From Paraspadella gotoi (lineage: Eukaryota > Animalia > Chaetognatha), in contig CM119267.1 in the NCBI GenBank assembly GCA_051294375.1, positions 22,383,486 to 22,447,485 on the forward strand: a stretch of DNA of 64,000 nt, given 5' to 3'. Of this stretch, positions 11,472 to 25,321 are shown one piece after another. Under the pieces are notes generated by a model. The model worked only from the letters and a program-made list of their open reading frames with translations, did no database searches and was not told the origin of the DNA. Each line of letters opens with the position of its first letter. The first letter of the stretch is position 1. The position numbers were made by a program, and so were the translations under genes.

Positions 11472-14400
11472 TCAACGCGTAAAAGATCGAGAGTGATTCC
11501 GAGAATCAAAGTCCCTGCCTCCTCTTCCTGTCCCTCTTCCTCCGCGAGTGTGAAATCCACCTCCACCCCTCCCGCCCCCACGGTCATTAAACCCCCGCCC
11601 GTTGCCCCTCGGGGGGCTATCGCCTCGCGACCCGGCGAAGGTTCCGCTCCTCGGCGGGCTAGATCTCGGCCCAGCGCGGAATGGCTCTCGTGAAGATCCT
11701 CGCCCGCCGCCGGGATATCGACCTCTCGGGTCGCCTCCGCCCGCGCGGAATGGTAAGCCACGCGACGAGGACCCTCTCAACGGGGGATTAGTGGATCCGT
11801 TACGGGCTCTCTCCGAACTGCCGCCTCTTGTAGAATCGCGTTCGCGGATGAGTCGCGCCGGCGACCCCGTTCGATCCTCTTGACTCCCAGAGGCGCCGAC
11901 TTCGACGTTAGTCTTGGGCGAGCCCTCCTTGACCGGCCTCTCGGCGTTGAGGAGGTTGATCCTCTCCTGTTCTTTTTTCTCCCTCTCGTATTTTTCAATC
12001 TTGTCCAATTCCATCTGCAAGAAATCGTCGACATGCATGGATGGCGGGCGTGAGGTGTTGGGTGGACGCGATCGGAATGGATCCTGCCGGCCGGGCGGCC
12101 CACTCCGCGCCGGACAGCCACCGCGGCCGCCTCGCATAGGGGCAACGAACTTCTTGCCCTTCCCTCCTCCGCGGCTGATATTGATGGTGTCTCGGCCGGC
12201 GCGCTTCGGCTTCTTACGCGGAGTCTTGAAGTCCTCCGGCAGGTCGGGATGGTCCTTGGCCAGAGCCCCGACCAGATCAAAGTTATTTGCGTAGCGTTTG
12301 GCAAGATCCATGAGGTCAAGTTTTACGAGGTCGTCGTCGGTGGGATTATAGTAGTTTTCCTGTTCATCCCAAAATTCGGAGTTCAAACGTTCGTCTTCAT
12401 CTCTCAGGACGACGTACATGTTCCGCGAGGAGAACTTTGTCTCGAGGGAACGCGGTTTTTCCTTGAGGTCGACCTCCGTCATGACGGTGGTGGTGTGACG
12501 GCCAGAAGGTGGCGCCCCGTCGCCAAACATCCGTCCCAAGATATTGACCAGAGTCTCGTGAAGACTCTGGAGGGTCTCTTCGCCCTCCTCTTCCTCCTCG
12601 GCAGCATAGTCGTGTAGCAATTTCTCCAAGTCACCCAAGGGATGTTTTGTTTCGCGGTCACCATCCCACTTGACAAGTTGCTTTACATAATCTGGGCCGA
12701 AAACGTAACGGCGAAGTTGCTTGGAGCCTTCGGAGTCTTCCTCGCGTCCGTCGACGACCATCATGACGTTGAGCAACTCGATGGCGCCCTGTAGCATCGC
12801 CAGGTACTCGTCGTCCTTGGCAAAAGTCGAGTGAAGTCTCGCAAAGAGATTGTACAAATCTGAAGCTGCGCCTTCCTCGTTTTCGCGCTCGTAGTTTTTC
12901 TGAGCTTTGGTGAAAGCGTTTTTCAGGTGGAACATTGTATAGTCAAACTCGGAAAAGAGGACTAAACCTCGGAGGGCGCCTAAGACGCTGGACATTGAAT
13001 GATCATTGTTTCCAATGTGGGAGATGAGGGCCTCGGCGATGTCCCTTAGATACTTGGGGCTCGGAATGGCGTTTGCAAGCCTGACTTGAAGAGGAAGATC
13101 CGGGCCACAAAGATTAATGTCCGAATCCAGAAGGGATTGAAAAATTGTCCCGATACATTCCTGCAGCTGTAACGTCAAAGTATTGTCAGTCGACTCTTCG
13201 AAAACGTGCATAAGAATAGCTAAAAATCTTGGGGCTCTGGAAGGGTCGGCAACGGCGCCGTAACGACCCCTGGAGGCATCTCCCGTAGAATTTTTAAAAG
13301 CTTCATTGTCACTGCCATCGAGAAGCGAAAGAAAAGTACATTTGATGGATGGCTGGGATACAAGTACGCTGAATGCCGTCATGACTTTGGCACAAGCCGC
13401 CGCGGGATCTAAACCACCGGGAGTATTCATGAAATTGGCCGAGGTCGGCTTTACTGATTGTCCAATAATCAGATGCAGGCAGTCCAAAGCCATATCTTGA
13501 AAAGAGCCAAGAATTATCGCCGCCATTTGGTGGCTCAAGTCGGCGATTTGGCAGCAGACCTTTTGAAAAATTCCTTGATGCTTATGGGGCATGCAGAGCG
13601 CTTGCGTTTTTATCGTTTCGACCAGTTGATTTTTAAGAGGCAACATATGTCGCGACCAACGTTTACGATTCTCAGCGTGGATGGCAACCTCGGAGGTTGT
13701 CATTGGATGCCGCGTTTGAAGGGGTAGAGGGAATGGGAGTAACTCGCTGAGAAGTAGCATTCCGCCGTAAAAGGAATACGGCATTGTCTGGCAAAGATCG
13801 AGTATCTCTTTGATCATCATAGTCCAGAGCGAATCTTCGCTGGCGTCGTCCTCTCCCTTGTTCGAGACAGATACTTTATCGTTGATCGATCCCGTGGGAG
13901 CGTCCATAAGCTGAGTCAGCGCCAAAAGACCCTCGAGAACGTTGTGGCGTATGAGGCGGATCCTGGCAGGCGGTAACTTGATGTGCGACTGAATGCTGCA
14001 GAGAACGTTAAATGCCCCGAATAAAGGCTGAACGGGAGTCACGTCTTTGTAGTTGGTGGATTTTGCCTCGATCAGGTGCTTGAGAATGTTGGACAACAAA
14101 ACTACAGAGTGTTGAACAATGACGATTGCAGAGGAAACATCGGCACTGTTGATTAAAGCCCCTTGCTGCCACGGACGGATCAAAAAGTCGGAGCAAGTTT
14201 TAATCAAAACGTTTTGTAAATTTAGTTTTCCTTCCTCGTGGAAAAATTCCACGAGAGAAAAGCGATATTTTAACTCTCGTGCAACGGTCAAGCTCTCCTC
14301 GCCCTTTGACCCGTGTTTCGGAATGCCCTCGTTCCGCTCTTCGGGCGGAATGCAAAGGTCTACCAAGACTCGCAAGCAAGTGATTATCGCTTTGGGAATT

Positions 14401-17400
14401 CCCGATTCGCTTATTTCCTCGGAGAATGTTTTGAAATGTTTCGCCCAATCGGTGACGCTGGCGACGTCAAAACCGGAAGTCACGTCAAGAGTGACGCTCC
14501 ACAATTCGCGAATGACGTCAATCCGTGGCGCGTCGACGACGAGTTTTGTCTCGGCCTTTCCGATCACGTGCATCACACGTCGAGCGTATTTCCTAATAAA
14601 TTCCGCGTCGTCGCATTCCTGGGCAGCTAGGGCAACCAGTTGGACGGCATATCCGCCGGCGACGGGTAAAATGCGCGACAGACCGTCAACAGTATCCTCG
14701 TCTCCAGACTCTTGGGCCCGTCGCAACGCTTCCAAAAAGGGAATCAGAATCTCCATGTTATCGCCTCGAGTGAGAACCGAAACGACGGCGTCGGGAGAAA
14801 CCGAGTGAGAAAAATCGACCAGGCAGTGTAAAAGAGAGAGAATCACGTGAGAATCCTTCACCGCAGTTTCCTTCACCGCCGCTGAAATTTTTTGGGTCGA
14901 CCCGGCATCCAGCGATGAAACGAAACGACAATTTTCGTGAGCAGTCTTTATGCTATCCAATAAGTTCATGACGAACAGATGCTGGTGCAAAGAAACGCCG
15001 AGTTCCCCTTGGCGAGAAAGCGTGACGTTGGCCAGAGGATTTTTGTTGCTCTTGGGGGCGCTGGCTTCGACTGGCTCGTCCTTGCTGGCTTCGTCTTCGG
15101 GCGGAACGGAAGCGTCTCTTTCGGAATTATCGTCGCCGGCTTGACTTTGGACAGGATCGAGGTTGTCATCTTTAGTCAAATGATTAATTATCCTTTCGGA
15201 AGATTCTTCCCGGGATCCCAAGAAGATCAAACCCGCTGGTCGCTTTATCAACGACGTCAGCATCTGGGATATGGCGTTGTTCAATGGTGCGTAGCAAGTC
15301 GCCACGTCGGAAGATAAAAGCATGGCGATCGATTCCAACAAACTGTGCGTGTCGAATATGTGACATAGAAACGAAGTCCAGTCTGATTCTGCCGTTAGGA
15401 CGGCGAATTGTTGTGACGACGGCAAGCAGCGTCGATGAGCCGCGAATAACCGGTCACCCTCCGTCCATGCTGTCGCGAGGTTTTTCAGGAAACCAATTAT
15501 GTCGTCTAGATCCTTTTCCTGGGAGCTCGAAAAGATCGCACCATTGCCTTGATTGGACTCCGTTTGTTCGTCACTACTTAACTGCACAATGAACGTTCCA
15601 TCTTCGCCCTCAACCGTGGAAACGCTCGATGCTACTCTTTCAGTCGTCTTCATAAGCAAACTAAGTTCCTCGTAAATGTGCGCCTTTCGGAAAACGACAG
15701 AAAGCGCGACGGTGACGCGCGCCAATTGTTTCGTCGTCGCCACAATATCCATGAGACGTTGATATGGAGTTTGCCCTTTCCGATCGATCAGAGTGAAAAA
15801 GTGCTGCATGCCCGATTTGAGGCGGATTGACGCTTCCAGGGCTTTGACAATGTGCAGTTTGACGGATGTGGACATGTTCGGCGAGACAAACAGACTCAGC
15901 AAGCGGTGCTGTAGGTGACGTTTATTGGCCTCCGAGGCGATGTGATTGTCGCAGTGGCAGAGCGCCGTCGCCAAGGCGACGCCGGCCTTGAGATGACGCA
16001 CCTTGAATGGCGTTTCCGGTTGAGCCATGGCCATTTCGAGATCCAAACCTTCCAAGGTCCAGTGGATTAGAGTTGTCAAGACGTCGTAGCGTCCTTCCAT
16101 GGAGATTAAGTAGGCGAGTCCGATGGGAATGAGAGCCGGGAGACCCTCCATGGTGACGACCCATTTTTCGTTCCGCCCAACCGGAAAATTTCGGTTTTCC
16201 TCGTCGCCTGATGTCGGCGAACCGTCGCTTCTTCCGGTTTCGCGGCCAGAGGGATGTCGTGCGATAGTTTCCAAGATGGCGGTTGCTTCATCAGGACGCG
16301 GTTCTTCTTCCTCTTCCTCCGCGTTGTCGCTGTCGCGTGAACGAAGCATCATTTTGCGACGAAAGCTGCGCTTCATGGATTCCACCTGGAAATGCAAAAT
16401 AAAGTACAAAATACAAAATACAGTACAAAGACGGAAACAAATTTACTCACTTGGTTAATTAATTAATTAATTAATTAATTATTACGAACAAAAATAATTT
16501 AATTTCAAAATTATTTTTCTCTTTCACTTTTCTTTGCAGTTTACTAAAATATTAAAAAATAAATAAATATTAATTTATTAAAAAAAAGTTCTATTTTTTT
16601 TTAAAAACAGACATAGATTGGAGTCTTCTTTAGCGCAAAGTGAATTGACTCGTTGTTGGTAAGAAAATCAAAATTTGTTTACTTTAAATTTTAAACGTAC
16701 CTGCCATTCGTAGTCCGTCAGGGAGGGATTCCTCATCGATTTTAGTCCTTCCACGCGGAACCGTCCCTCGGCGTCGGGCAGCCACGACGAGACTCTGGCG
16801 ACTCCCGCTTTCAGCCAATCGATCTCCTCGGCCAACTGCTCCATGGTTACGCCCCCACCAGTTGAGGCGTCTTCGATGAAATCCTCGTCGTCCGAGATCT
16901 CCTCCAAGTCGCCCATGAGGTCGGGTTCAGCGTCCTGGATTTCCCCGTCCTCACCGCCTTGTTTTTCCAGAGGCTTGTCGTTCGGCGGAGGGAGGGAGCG
17001 TTTGGAGTCGTCCTTGTCGGGCGATAGACGCGGCGGCACGCGGAAGTGGCGGTCGTGACTCTTGGAGGATCGAGAGGCGGCGGAAGGGGAAGCGTCGCGG
17101 GGTCGGAGGACGCCTAAAAATTGTAAAATTTAAAGTAGCGGTAGCCGACCAAATTCAAATTTTAATGGGAACAGCATTAAACAAATCCATTATTGCTATT
17201 AGTTATGGTTCGGAACATTTTTGCAAAAAAATATTTTAACACCGAGTAATTAGCTAATTAAAATTATTATATGTAGCAGTGTGGACGCAACAATTTGTGG
17301 ATTATCTCAAATGAGATCGAGTTCCTCAATTTCATTTGCATATTGTCGTATTCTGATTAAGCCATGAAAAATATTTGTTCTATTGCCTTAAAGGTTAAAT

Positions 17401-19584
17401 ATTAATATTTTACTTTAGTAATAAAGTTAAAAAGCTGACTAATATAATATCATATACATATATATATAATATCAATTTTTATTTTTATATTATTTAAAGT
17501 TTTTTTTAAATTGATTCTGATAGAGCTAAAAAAGTTAAGCAAAAAATGTAATTACAAATCTTGTTATTTTATTATTGAAAACGAGCAAAAACTGCTAAAA
17601 TCATCGGATGATGATGATGATGATTTTTTCAGGTTTTCCCTAACTCACCAGAAGTTGGCGACCTGCTCCTGCTTCTCGTCCTTCGCCCCGGCGATCTTGA
17701 GTTTCTAATCCGCGGCGCCGACGGCGACCGATGACGCGGGAACGCCCCGTCGGCTGCCATCAGCGGTGTGATGAGCGAAGGTGGCGGGTGCGGCAACGGC
17801 TGCATCTGAGGAATTTGAGGTCCGTGGGGATGGAGCTGCTGTGTCAGCTGCGGCGGTGGCCCTTGGTGCTGCGGGCTAACCGGCCTCGCCGCCGTCTGCA
17901 TAAGAGGCACCACAGGCGGCGCCGTCGTCATGTGCATGGTCTGGGGCGGCGGCGCCACTGACGCCATCGGTGGCCACGTCGGAGGCGGCACGTTCATCGC
18001 TGGCAGCGTGGGCGGTATCATAGGCGGATGCTGCATATGCTGTCCTTCATACGGATGCTGCGGCATAGGTTGCTGCTGTTGCGCCGACTGGGGCGGAGGC
18101 GAATGCATCATCATATCCTGTCTACTGCCGCGGCCGTCGCGCCCTTCTCTCAGATCACGCGCGTCTCTCGCGTCCCGTCCATCTCGTATTTCTCTCATAT
18201 CTCGATTCTCCCTCGCCTCCCGCATTTCCCCGCATCGCTCTCTCATCTCACGCTCGTGGAATTCGGCCTCAGATGCCGGCGGCGCCTCCCAGTTGTCTGA
18301 GGCGATGGGCTTCTTGAAACTCGTCCCGATCGTGCCTATCGTTTGGATCGGCTGAATGCTCTCGATCTGTTGCGGCTCCGCTTTGACCGGCGTAGGTTCT
18401 TTCGTTGGCGTTGGCGTCATGACATCCGGGGTCGGCGGGGGCGCTACCAACGACCACGAACGAGGCGTCGAGGTCGGCGTCGCGCTCTCGGGCGATGTTT
18501 TCAATCCTTGGTGGCCATCGCGGTGGTGATGTTGGTGGGCCGGCTTAGGGGGAGGCGGCGGCGAAATCATAGGAGACACGTTGGGATCGAGCTTGACCGT
18601 GGCCAGGAGCTGCGGGTCCGACGAGGACGACTGTCGACCCAACGCCGCGGCCGCCGGAGATTCAACTTTAACATTGAGCGGATCGCGGAAGGATTGCGGC
18701 GACGGAATCTGAAGGGCCTGCATGGAGTGGGACCCAGACGGCCGACGGGGCTCTTCCTTGACGCGAGTCAGGCTGCGGGCGGCGTGGGGCAGCGGCGCGG
18801 CCAGTTCCGGTGCCGACTTCGACGAAGATTGGTGAACGTCGTGGTGGCGATGACCGTGGCCGGCGTGCAGCGGCGGCTCTTGCTTCGGTTTCGGCGGCGG
18901 AGGCGGCGGCGGGGGTTCCTCGTCCTCGATCGACTGTCGTTTTATCTGATGGTGCGTGAACGGATGCAGTTGTTGTATCGTCGGCTGTAGTTGCTGATGT
19001 ATCTGCTGGATAGGAGGTGGAGGCGGTGGCGGCGACAAAGGCGCGGGTTCAGCCTTCATCGGGGAAACAGTCGGCTTGACGGGAAGATCGACGACGGTCG
19101 GTGGAGGGACCGGTGCGGCGGAGAGACTGGCCGTGGCGGCGAAGACGGCCACCGTGATGGTGGAGTAAGGACCGCGGAGGACGAGCCCGTCAGTCGGCAC
19201 TCGGGCAGAGGGGACGAACTGAATCTCTTGGTTCTGTCTGTAGTCGAGGATGCCGAGGGGCTCAAAGGCCGAGGCGCCCTTCTTGTTCAGGTTGGTCACG
19301 TAAAGCTCGAGTTTGAAGGCGGACGGGTTGGTGGCTCCAAGGCGAATCCCGCCTCCGGGAAATTCGGCTTGGACCTGGGGCGAAACAAAGTGTTATAATC
19401 CTCTTTCGTTTTCAATCAATTAATTCGAGAAGCAACCAACCTTGGTGCCCAGAGGAATAATTCTGACATCTCGGATGACGACAGGTTTGTTGAATTGTAC
19501 CAAGTCGAGATTAGGACCGTCGGCGGCCGAGGCGTCGTGGGAAAAGGTGTCAAAGAAGACGAGTTCCACGGGTCCCTCGTCCAT
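11472..19584 (-). CDS. VIRMA: Virilizer / VIRMA (m6A writer complex subunit); 4 exons, last exon ~4.9 kb
   Basis: VIR_N start MDEGPVELVFFDTFSH...VRIIPLG...TDGLVLRGPYSTITVAVF; C-terminal signature DPFRSRPPNTSRPPSMHVDDF followed by an RGG-rich tail. Confidence 0.93.
16455..16481. repeat. (TTAA)n tetranucleotide run in a VIRMA intron
   Basis: ttaattaattaattaattaattaatta. Confidence 0.85.
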
Positions 19585-19900
19585 ATTGACGACTTGGATT
19601 CGGACGGGGATATCACCCGGAGAAAAAACAGTTAAGAATTAATATTTAGTTTTAGTAAAATCTAAAAAAAATATCAAATGAAAATAAATAATAACATCAG
19701 CGAATTATCTCGGCACATTTCAGTGTAGCAACGGTATTACTTGAAAAACAAAAATAAAATACGATACAGCTTTCGATGGTAAACAGAGGGAGGAAAAGAA
19801 AATGGGATTTTCCTTGTAAAAATGTAATGTTAATAAATTAGAGATTTTCATTTCTGGTGGATGATCAGCAAATTGCGTATCAAACTCCGAGTTTTGTTCT

Positions 19901-20900
19901 TCATCTGCGAAAAAACTTTCTTCTTATCTTCTCCCACCGAGTCTCTCCCTCGGCTTCCATCCCCTTTTCTCGCCAGACCCCCTTTTGGCCCCTCATCGCG
20001 CTCGTCTCCGCCTTTCGCAGGCTCTCGTCCAACGCCCTCTCCGCCCGCGCGGTCTTCAGAAAATAACCTCCTCGGCCGGGGCTTTCTTCGACGATCCCGA
20101 GTCCTTCCTCTACGATCCGTCGGTTCAGGCAGACGCGACGACTCAGAAGAGGCAATAGAGTTGGTCGCCGGTAGACGACGACGGCGTCGACGGACGGTTC
20201 CGTGGGGCAAGAAGAGACGGGAGGCGTTTCCAACCATAAGGCATCATTGTTGGTCGTCGAGAACATCGAAGACAAAGGCGGCGGGGGAATTGAGGCCGTG
20301 GAATCATCCTCCAGTGGCTCGACGTTTCTGACGCCGACGAGTTTGAACCAAATTCCTTTACCAGATAATTCCGCCGTTAAAAATTCGGAAGCTTGGAAAA
20401 GTACGGGCGGCGCATCGCGGACTTTGTATAGAGAGACGGGCAAATTTCGTGCCCCGATCGAGCTAAGGAAAAAGCGATAGAAACGGAACTCCGCACAGAA
20501 CGACCGTGAAAATTAGGAACCAGAGATCCTACCTTCTTCGTTGCCAGATCGGCTGATGGTCAACGTAAAGCGTCAAACCTTCGACACGAGCGACGTCGCC
20601 TCTCAGCCACAAGTTTCGCGCGAAAAAATCGGCGGGAATTTCCGAGGGAATCGAAAACTGATTGGTCAGACGAACCTTGCGAGCTGAACGAGAGACAAAA
20701 AGGCTCTAGAGAAAAAGTTTGACGAGCCATCACAAAACCGCCTTCACTCGCTAACCGATGACGACGATCCCGGCAGCGGCGATGACGTAAGGAACGTTTC
20801 GGATAATACGAAGGTTGTCGTCGACCAAGTTCGTGGTCGTACGAAGGAGGAAAGAAAATAAGTCTTCGTTCTCCTTCTTTTCCGTATCCTGACGCCTCAT
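19901..20900 (-). CDS. C3orf33: C3orf33-like protein (SNase/thermonuclease-like fold, N-terminal TM helix); at least 3 exons
   Basis: LVDDNLRIIRNVPYVIAAAGIVVI...RLTNQFSIPSEIPADFFARNLWLRG...IWFKLVG...LNRRIVEEGLG...LRKAETSAMRGQKGVWRE follows the C3orf33 pattern. Confidence 0.75.
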
Positions 20901-21097
20901 TGCTCAATGCTTAGCCTTCTTAGTAACATATACTTACAATCATACATTCTTACTTTTGCATCATGATTGAAGAATAAATTATAACAAGGTGAAACCAATT
21001 TTTTAACGTCAACAAATACACCGGGCTCTGGATTAATTTTCGAATTGCCGGAGCCGCGCTAGTTTGATAAAAATTAGAATAAATCTGGCTAATTTCC

Positions 21098-22019
21098 TTA
21101 GTCCAAGAGGCCGGAATCAGGAGGAAGTGTCTTAACGAGACCCTGAACGGCTTTAAATTGCTCGTGGTTCTTGTCGGCGATGAGTTGAAAGAGGACGGAT
21201 TCCGTCGTTGTCACGACTGCGCCAGCATCGCGAGCTCGAAGCAGCGCCATCTGACGGTCAGTTTTGGATCTTGAAGGAGAAAAAGAAGAATCAAGAAAAA
21301 TGGGAAAGGAAAATAAAATAAGGGAAGAAAAAAGTTATGAAGATTTGAAAAAAAAACCCTCCATTTACGAGAAGCGCACCTCGAGGACGACGCGTCCGCG
21401 ACGAGAAAAACCTCCAAGCCCCTCTTCAACAAATCAATTACGGTCTGTTGAACGCAAACGTGTGTCTCCAAACCGAACAACACCACCTATTGTGTCGGGT
21501 GAAACCGGAAAGCTCGGAACGGTGCTTATCGAGAAACAGATCTCAGAAGAACCTGCTTGATTCCAACCCTTTCATCGAGAAACTGCGCCACCTCCGGAAT
21601 CATCATGCTGAACTTGGTCTTTTCGAAGAGGTGCCCGTGACCTGGAGAAAAGGACAGCCGCTGGACATCTACTTGGCTCATCTCAGTCTGAATAACAAAA
21701 AAAAGTCTCAAAAACATCCTACCGACGTCGATCTCGGTCAAGGTGCGTCCGAGGCCTTTCGGATACTGCTCCGTCACGACCAAAGGAATGCTTAACAGTT
21801 TGCTGACGACAAAAAATCACACGAAATTGTCGATCGAATTAGAGGATACTATTTGACGCTTCTACTCTTATCATACCTCAGGGCAACGAGGCGCTTTGCG
21901 TTTTCCACGACCGCCTCGAAGGCCTGGATGACGGGACCGAATCGCTCCTGAACGTCGCACATGAAGAAAGCGCAAGAGGCGGCCCTGAGATCGCCCTTGA
22001 CGTATCGGTCCTCGCTCAT
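21098..22019 (-). CDS. Isochorismatase domain-containing protein (ISOC1/ISOC2-like); 5 exons
   Basis: [10 protein letters not shown]; [11 protein letters not shown]; EKTKFSM; [15 protein letters not shown]; ADASSSR; TTESVLFQL. Confidence 0.92.
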
Positions 22020-22339
22020 TTTAACGATAGTTAAAGGTTAATTGACCAATGACCATAGTTATAGAAGTAATCAGAATACAGAAGAAGGCCGTAAAATTTA
22101 TTACCAAAATCAATGAGTCAATAATTACTAAAAATTTTCATAATATTGATGATCGAAAAATAAAGTAAATAATCATGACAATTAACCTCGTGATTAGATT
22201 TAAACGAACTCGAAACTGGGTAAATTAGGAATAAGAGTAAAACATGTAAATAAAAACCGATGTAAATATCACCAAAAGTACGTAGCTAAGCCGTCCATTT
22301 CAAATTAAAAGCCCAAGCCTCTTCAATTGTCTTCAATTA

Positions 22340-23393
22340 TCAAAGATTTTTGTTAAAAAACTCGATGACTTTTCGCATGGACAGGTCAAGGTCTCTCTTG
22401 ACGGTCTCGTTCGCGACGTCTCCTCTAGGCATCCACCCGTGCAACATATCGGGAAATTCGTGGACGGTTAGCAAATCGCCGAGCACGATGGAGGCCAGAC
22501 CCCCGATTTTTGTGTTGGCATCGTCGTTGCCTGATTCGATTCAATTAAGGCTAAAAAAGCAAATATCTCGGAAATCTCCCATTCCCATTCCACCAACCGG
22601 CGGGCATAAAGAGCTGAGGACACTTGATCCCCTTTAACAACTCCTTCTCGTCTTCTCGAAGCAACCCTGAAATTTTCGTGTGGCTGGGATGCGCGGAGAC
22701 GCCGGCCTTGAACTCGTCGAGGCTCGAGGCGCGGACGACGACGTAGGTGCCCCAGCAGAAGCCGATGCTGCCGAAGGAGTTGGCGCCGCGACGTCGCGCG
22801 AAGGGAAGGACTAAGTCGTTAAGGTCGCGGTGGAGGTCAGACCATTGAGTCTTATCCTTTAATTCAGATTTTAATTATAATTAAAAATATTGAAAAACCT
22901 GAATTGAATACCAGTGTTGCCAACCTTAACAAACTCCTCGATCCCGGGATTAGAGGGATCAAAAAAAGTTCCACGATAAAAATCGGGCATGACGACCAAA
23001 AATCCTGCAAGCCGAAATAAATATGTTCCATAAAATTCGCTCTTTTAATTTGGCATTCTCATGAATTGGAAGTACATTAACTGGAACTATATAGTATATA
23101 CTTTCTCATTTATGTAGGTTTATAGTATTATAGTATTATAGTATTAAAGTATTATATTTTTATCCTCCCCAGTACGCGGTCTCACCGCAATCGGCGACGA
23201 GATCGCACAACATTCGCGTCCTTCCACCGTCGAAGCCGAAGATGTCGTAATTCCAAACGACGCACCTCCCGTCCTTCGGCTCTCCCACCACGTAAATATC
23301 AAGGTCGCCTTCACGCTCGACCTTACCCTTTGGTGAGTAAGAGTCGTACGCCGACGACAGCGCGCCCCATGATTTCGCGGGACAACAAGACAT
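22340..23393 (-). CDS. Dienelactone hydrolase family protein (CMBL-like), copy B; 4 exons
   Basis: MSCCP...VVWNYDIFGFDGG; VVMPDFYRG; GFCWG; MLHGWMPRG; same exon layout as copy A. Confidence 0.88.
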
Positions 23394-23543
23394 GTCTCTT
23401 GTTTTTTAGGGTCTAACTTTATGTTTGTCACGCCCTATTATTTTTTTATAGTATAAATTAACATCAAATTCGGATTTGGCAAATAAAAGACGAAAAACGG
23501 CAAAGATGGCGACTAAAAACGAAGATGGGCGACTTGGACGCCG

Positions 23544-24764
23544 TCACAAGAGGAGGCCAGCGAGATCGAGGTCGTGTGCGTCCTGCCATCCCCAGGCGAC
23601 GCAGTAGTGCTCTAAGAGTTGCTTCAGGATCTCCACTTCGTCCAGAAACTCTATAGCCTCGATCCGCACCTTCAGCGAGTGAGGGAGGCCTTGGTAAGCG
23701 TCCCAGATGTTGACGGCGTTGGCGCCGCCGCAACCGGCGTCCAATAAACGCCGCATTTGCGTTTCCAGGGAGGCGCAGGATTCTCGGCCGAGCAGTTCGC
23801 AGTTGTGCTGTCTAAAGTTGTCCATCATGATTTGGGCAAACCTAAAGAGAGAGAGTGAGAGAGAGATTTTTAATAAAGCAAAAATCTCGAAGCGATATTA
23901 CTCTCAACCTCCGCCACCTTGAGTTCATGTTGACTTGCTCGTAGTTGATGAAGGCCACCGTCTTCGCCTTGGAAGTGAAGAGCTGCAATAGTTCTTTGGC
24001 CACAGTCGGCTGGAGGTAAACGAGAACGCATTCGGTCAGCACCGCCGTCGGCGCCTCAAAGTTAAATCCGCAGTCCTTGATCAATTTCTCCTCCAACTCG
24101 GGCAGTTTTCTGAGATCGCCGGCAATTAAGTGGTAGTTAAGTCCGTGGAGGTCGGTGCCCTGGTTGGCCACATTCAATACGCCGGACTCTTCGCCGGCGG
24201 CCTTGACCTTCAACGTCGGAACTCTGTGGACGACGAAGGCCTTTTTGGCGGTGACCTCGGCGAGGTCCATTTCGAAGTAGTCGCCGAAATCGGGGCAGGA
24301 GTCGGAGAGGCGCCAGAAGAGAGTGTCGAAGCCGCAGCCGAGATTGATAATCTGCGAGAACAGGCGTCGTCGAGAAAATACTAAATGAAATTAAACCAAA
24401 ATTGGACAAAAAGGTAATAAAAAACGAAACTGACTTGGCATTTGAGATTTTTCACTTTGCATTTGGAGATGAACTGTTCCAGAATATCCTTCACCAAACG
24501 AACTCGAATGAAATTGCCTCTATTAATCTCGGGTTCCTTGCGTTCGCCTTAGTTTGTAAAAATCGATTTTTTAAAAAATGATTTTAACTATCTATCTACA
24601 TTAAAATTAAGTAAATAACCTGATCTAACGCGAGAAAAGTACTTGATGTAAGGGTCGTCGTAGTAGCCAAGCTTTACGGCGCAAGCTTTGGCGTCCGTGG
24701 CAGAATCGTTGGTGCCTTGCAAGGCTTGATTGTTCGAGCTCGAGGCAGCATCGGTTTCCGCCAT
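23544..24764 (-). CDS. LCMT1: Leucine carboxyl methyltransferase 1 (PP2A methyltransferase); 4 exons
   Basis: LQGTNDSATDAKACAVKLGYYDDPY; KEPEINRGNFIR; IINLGCGFDTLFW; TECVLVYL; INYEQVNM; IEAIEFLDEVEILKQLLEHYCVAWG. Confidence 0.93.
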
Positions 24765-25291
24765 TTCAATCTCATTTCCCCTGGAAGATAAACGAAAAGA
24801 AAAAAAACGTTCGAAAAAGTTCGTCTTTAACTTTTTTACTTATAACGACTAAAACCGGATTTAACGCACGGGACAATACTGTAAATGATTTATTTTTAAG
24901 ATTAAACGCTTGCTCACGTAACAAACCTTACAAAGAAACCAAGCATGACCGGCAACAGAGACTCTTTACTAAAACGGTTAGTAAGTTGGTCATATAAAGT
25001 TAAGTGGACAAAAGTAAAAAAAAGTCGCTAGTAGAGAAGGATATAACAACCGCAGCACCAGAGCCTTTTATTTCTAACCCTGATTGATTGAGTCGGCCAA
25101 CACCGCCGATGTTTTACCATAATCATTTTCTAATTGTCGATGAATCAACTATGTATATGTTTCAATAAGGCTTTAAATAAACAAAAATTGTTTAAACAAA
25201 AAAAAAAAATGTCTGCGATTCGGGGGTTTGAGCGTAATCGACTGTGTCGAAATAGTTCCTCCCCGCATGCTTTCTCTCTTATTCGTTCTCG

Positions 25292-25321
25292 TCGTTGTTG
25301 TTGTTGTTGTTGTTGTTGTTG
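25292..25321. repeat. (GTT)n microsatellite downstream of UPF2
   Basis: About 10 GTT units. Confidence 0.9.

Noticed and set aside
17355-17366. GATTAAGCCATG in a VIRMA intron matches the 5' region of 18S rRNA (possible C/D snoRNA guide on the minus strand)
   Set aside because: No convincing box C or terminal box D; 12-nt matches to rRNA are expected by chance in 64 kb.
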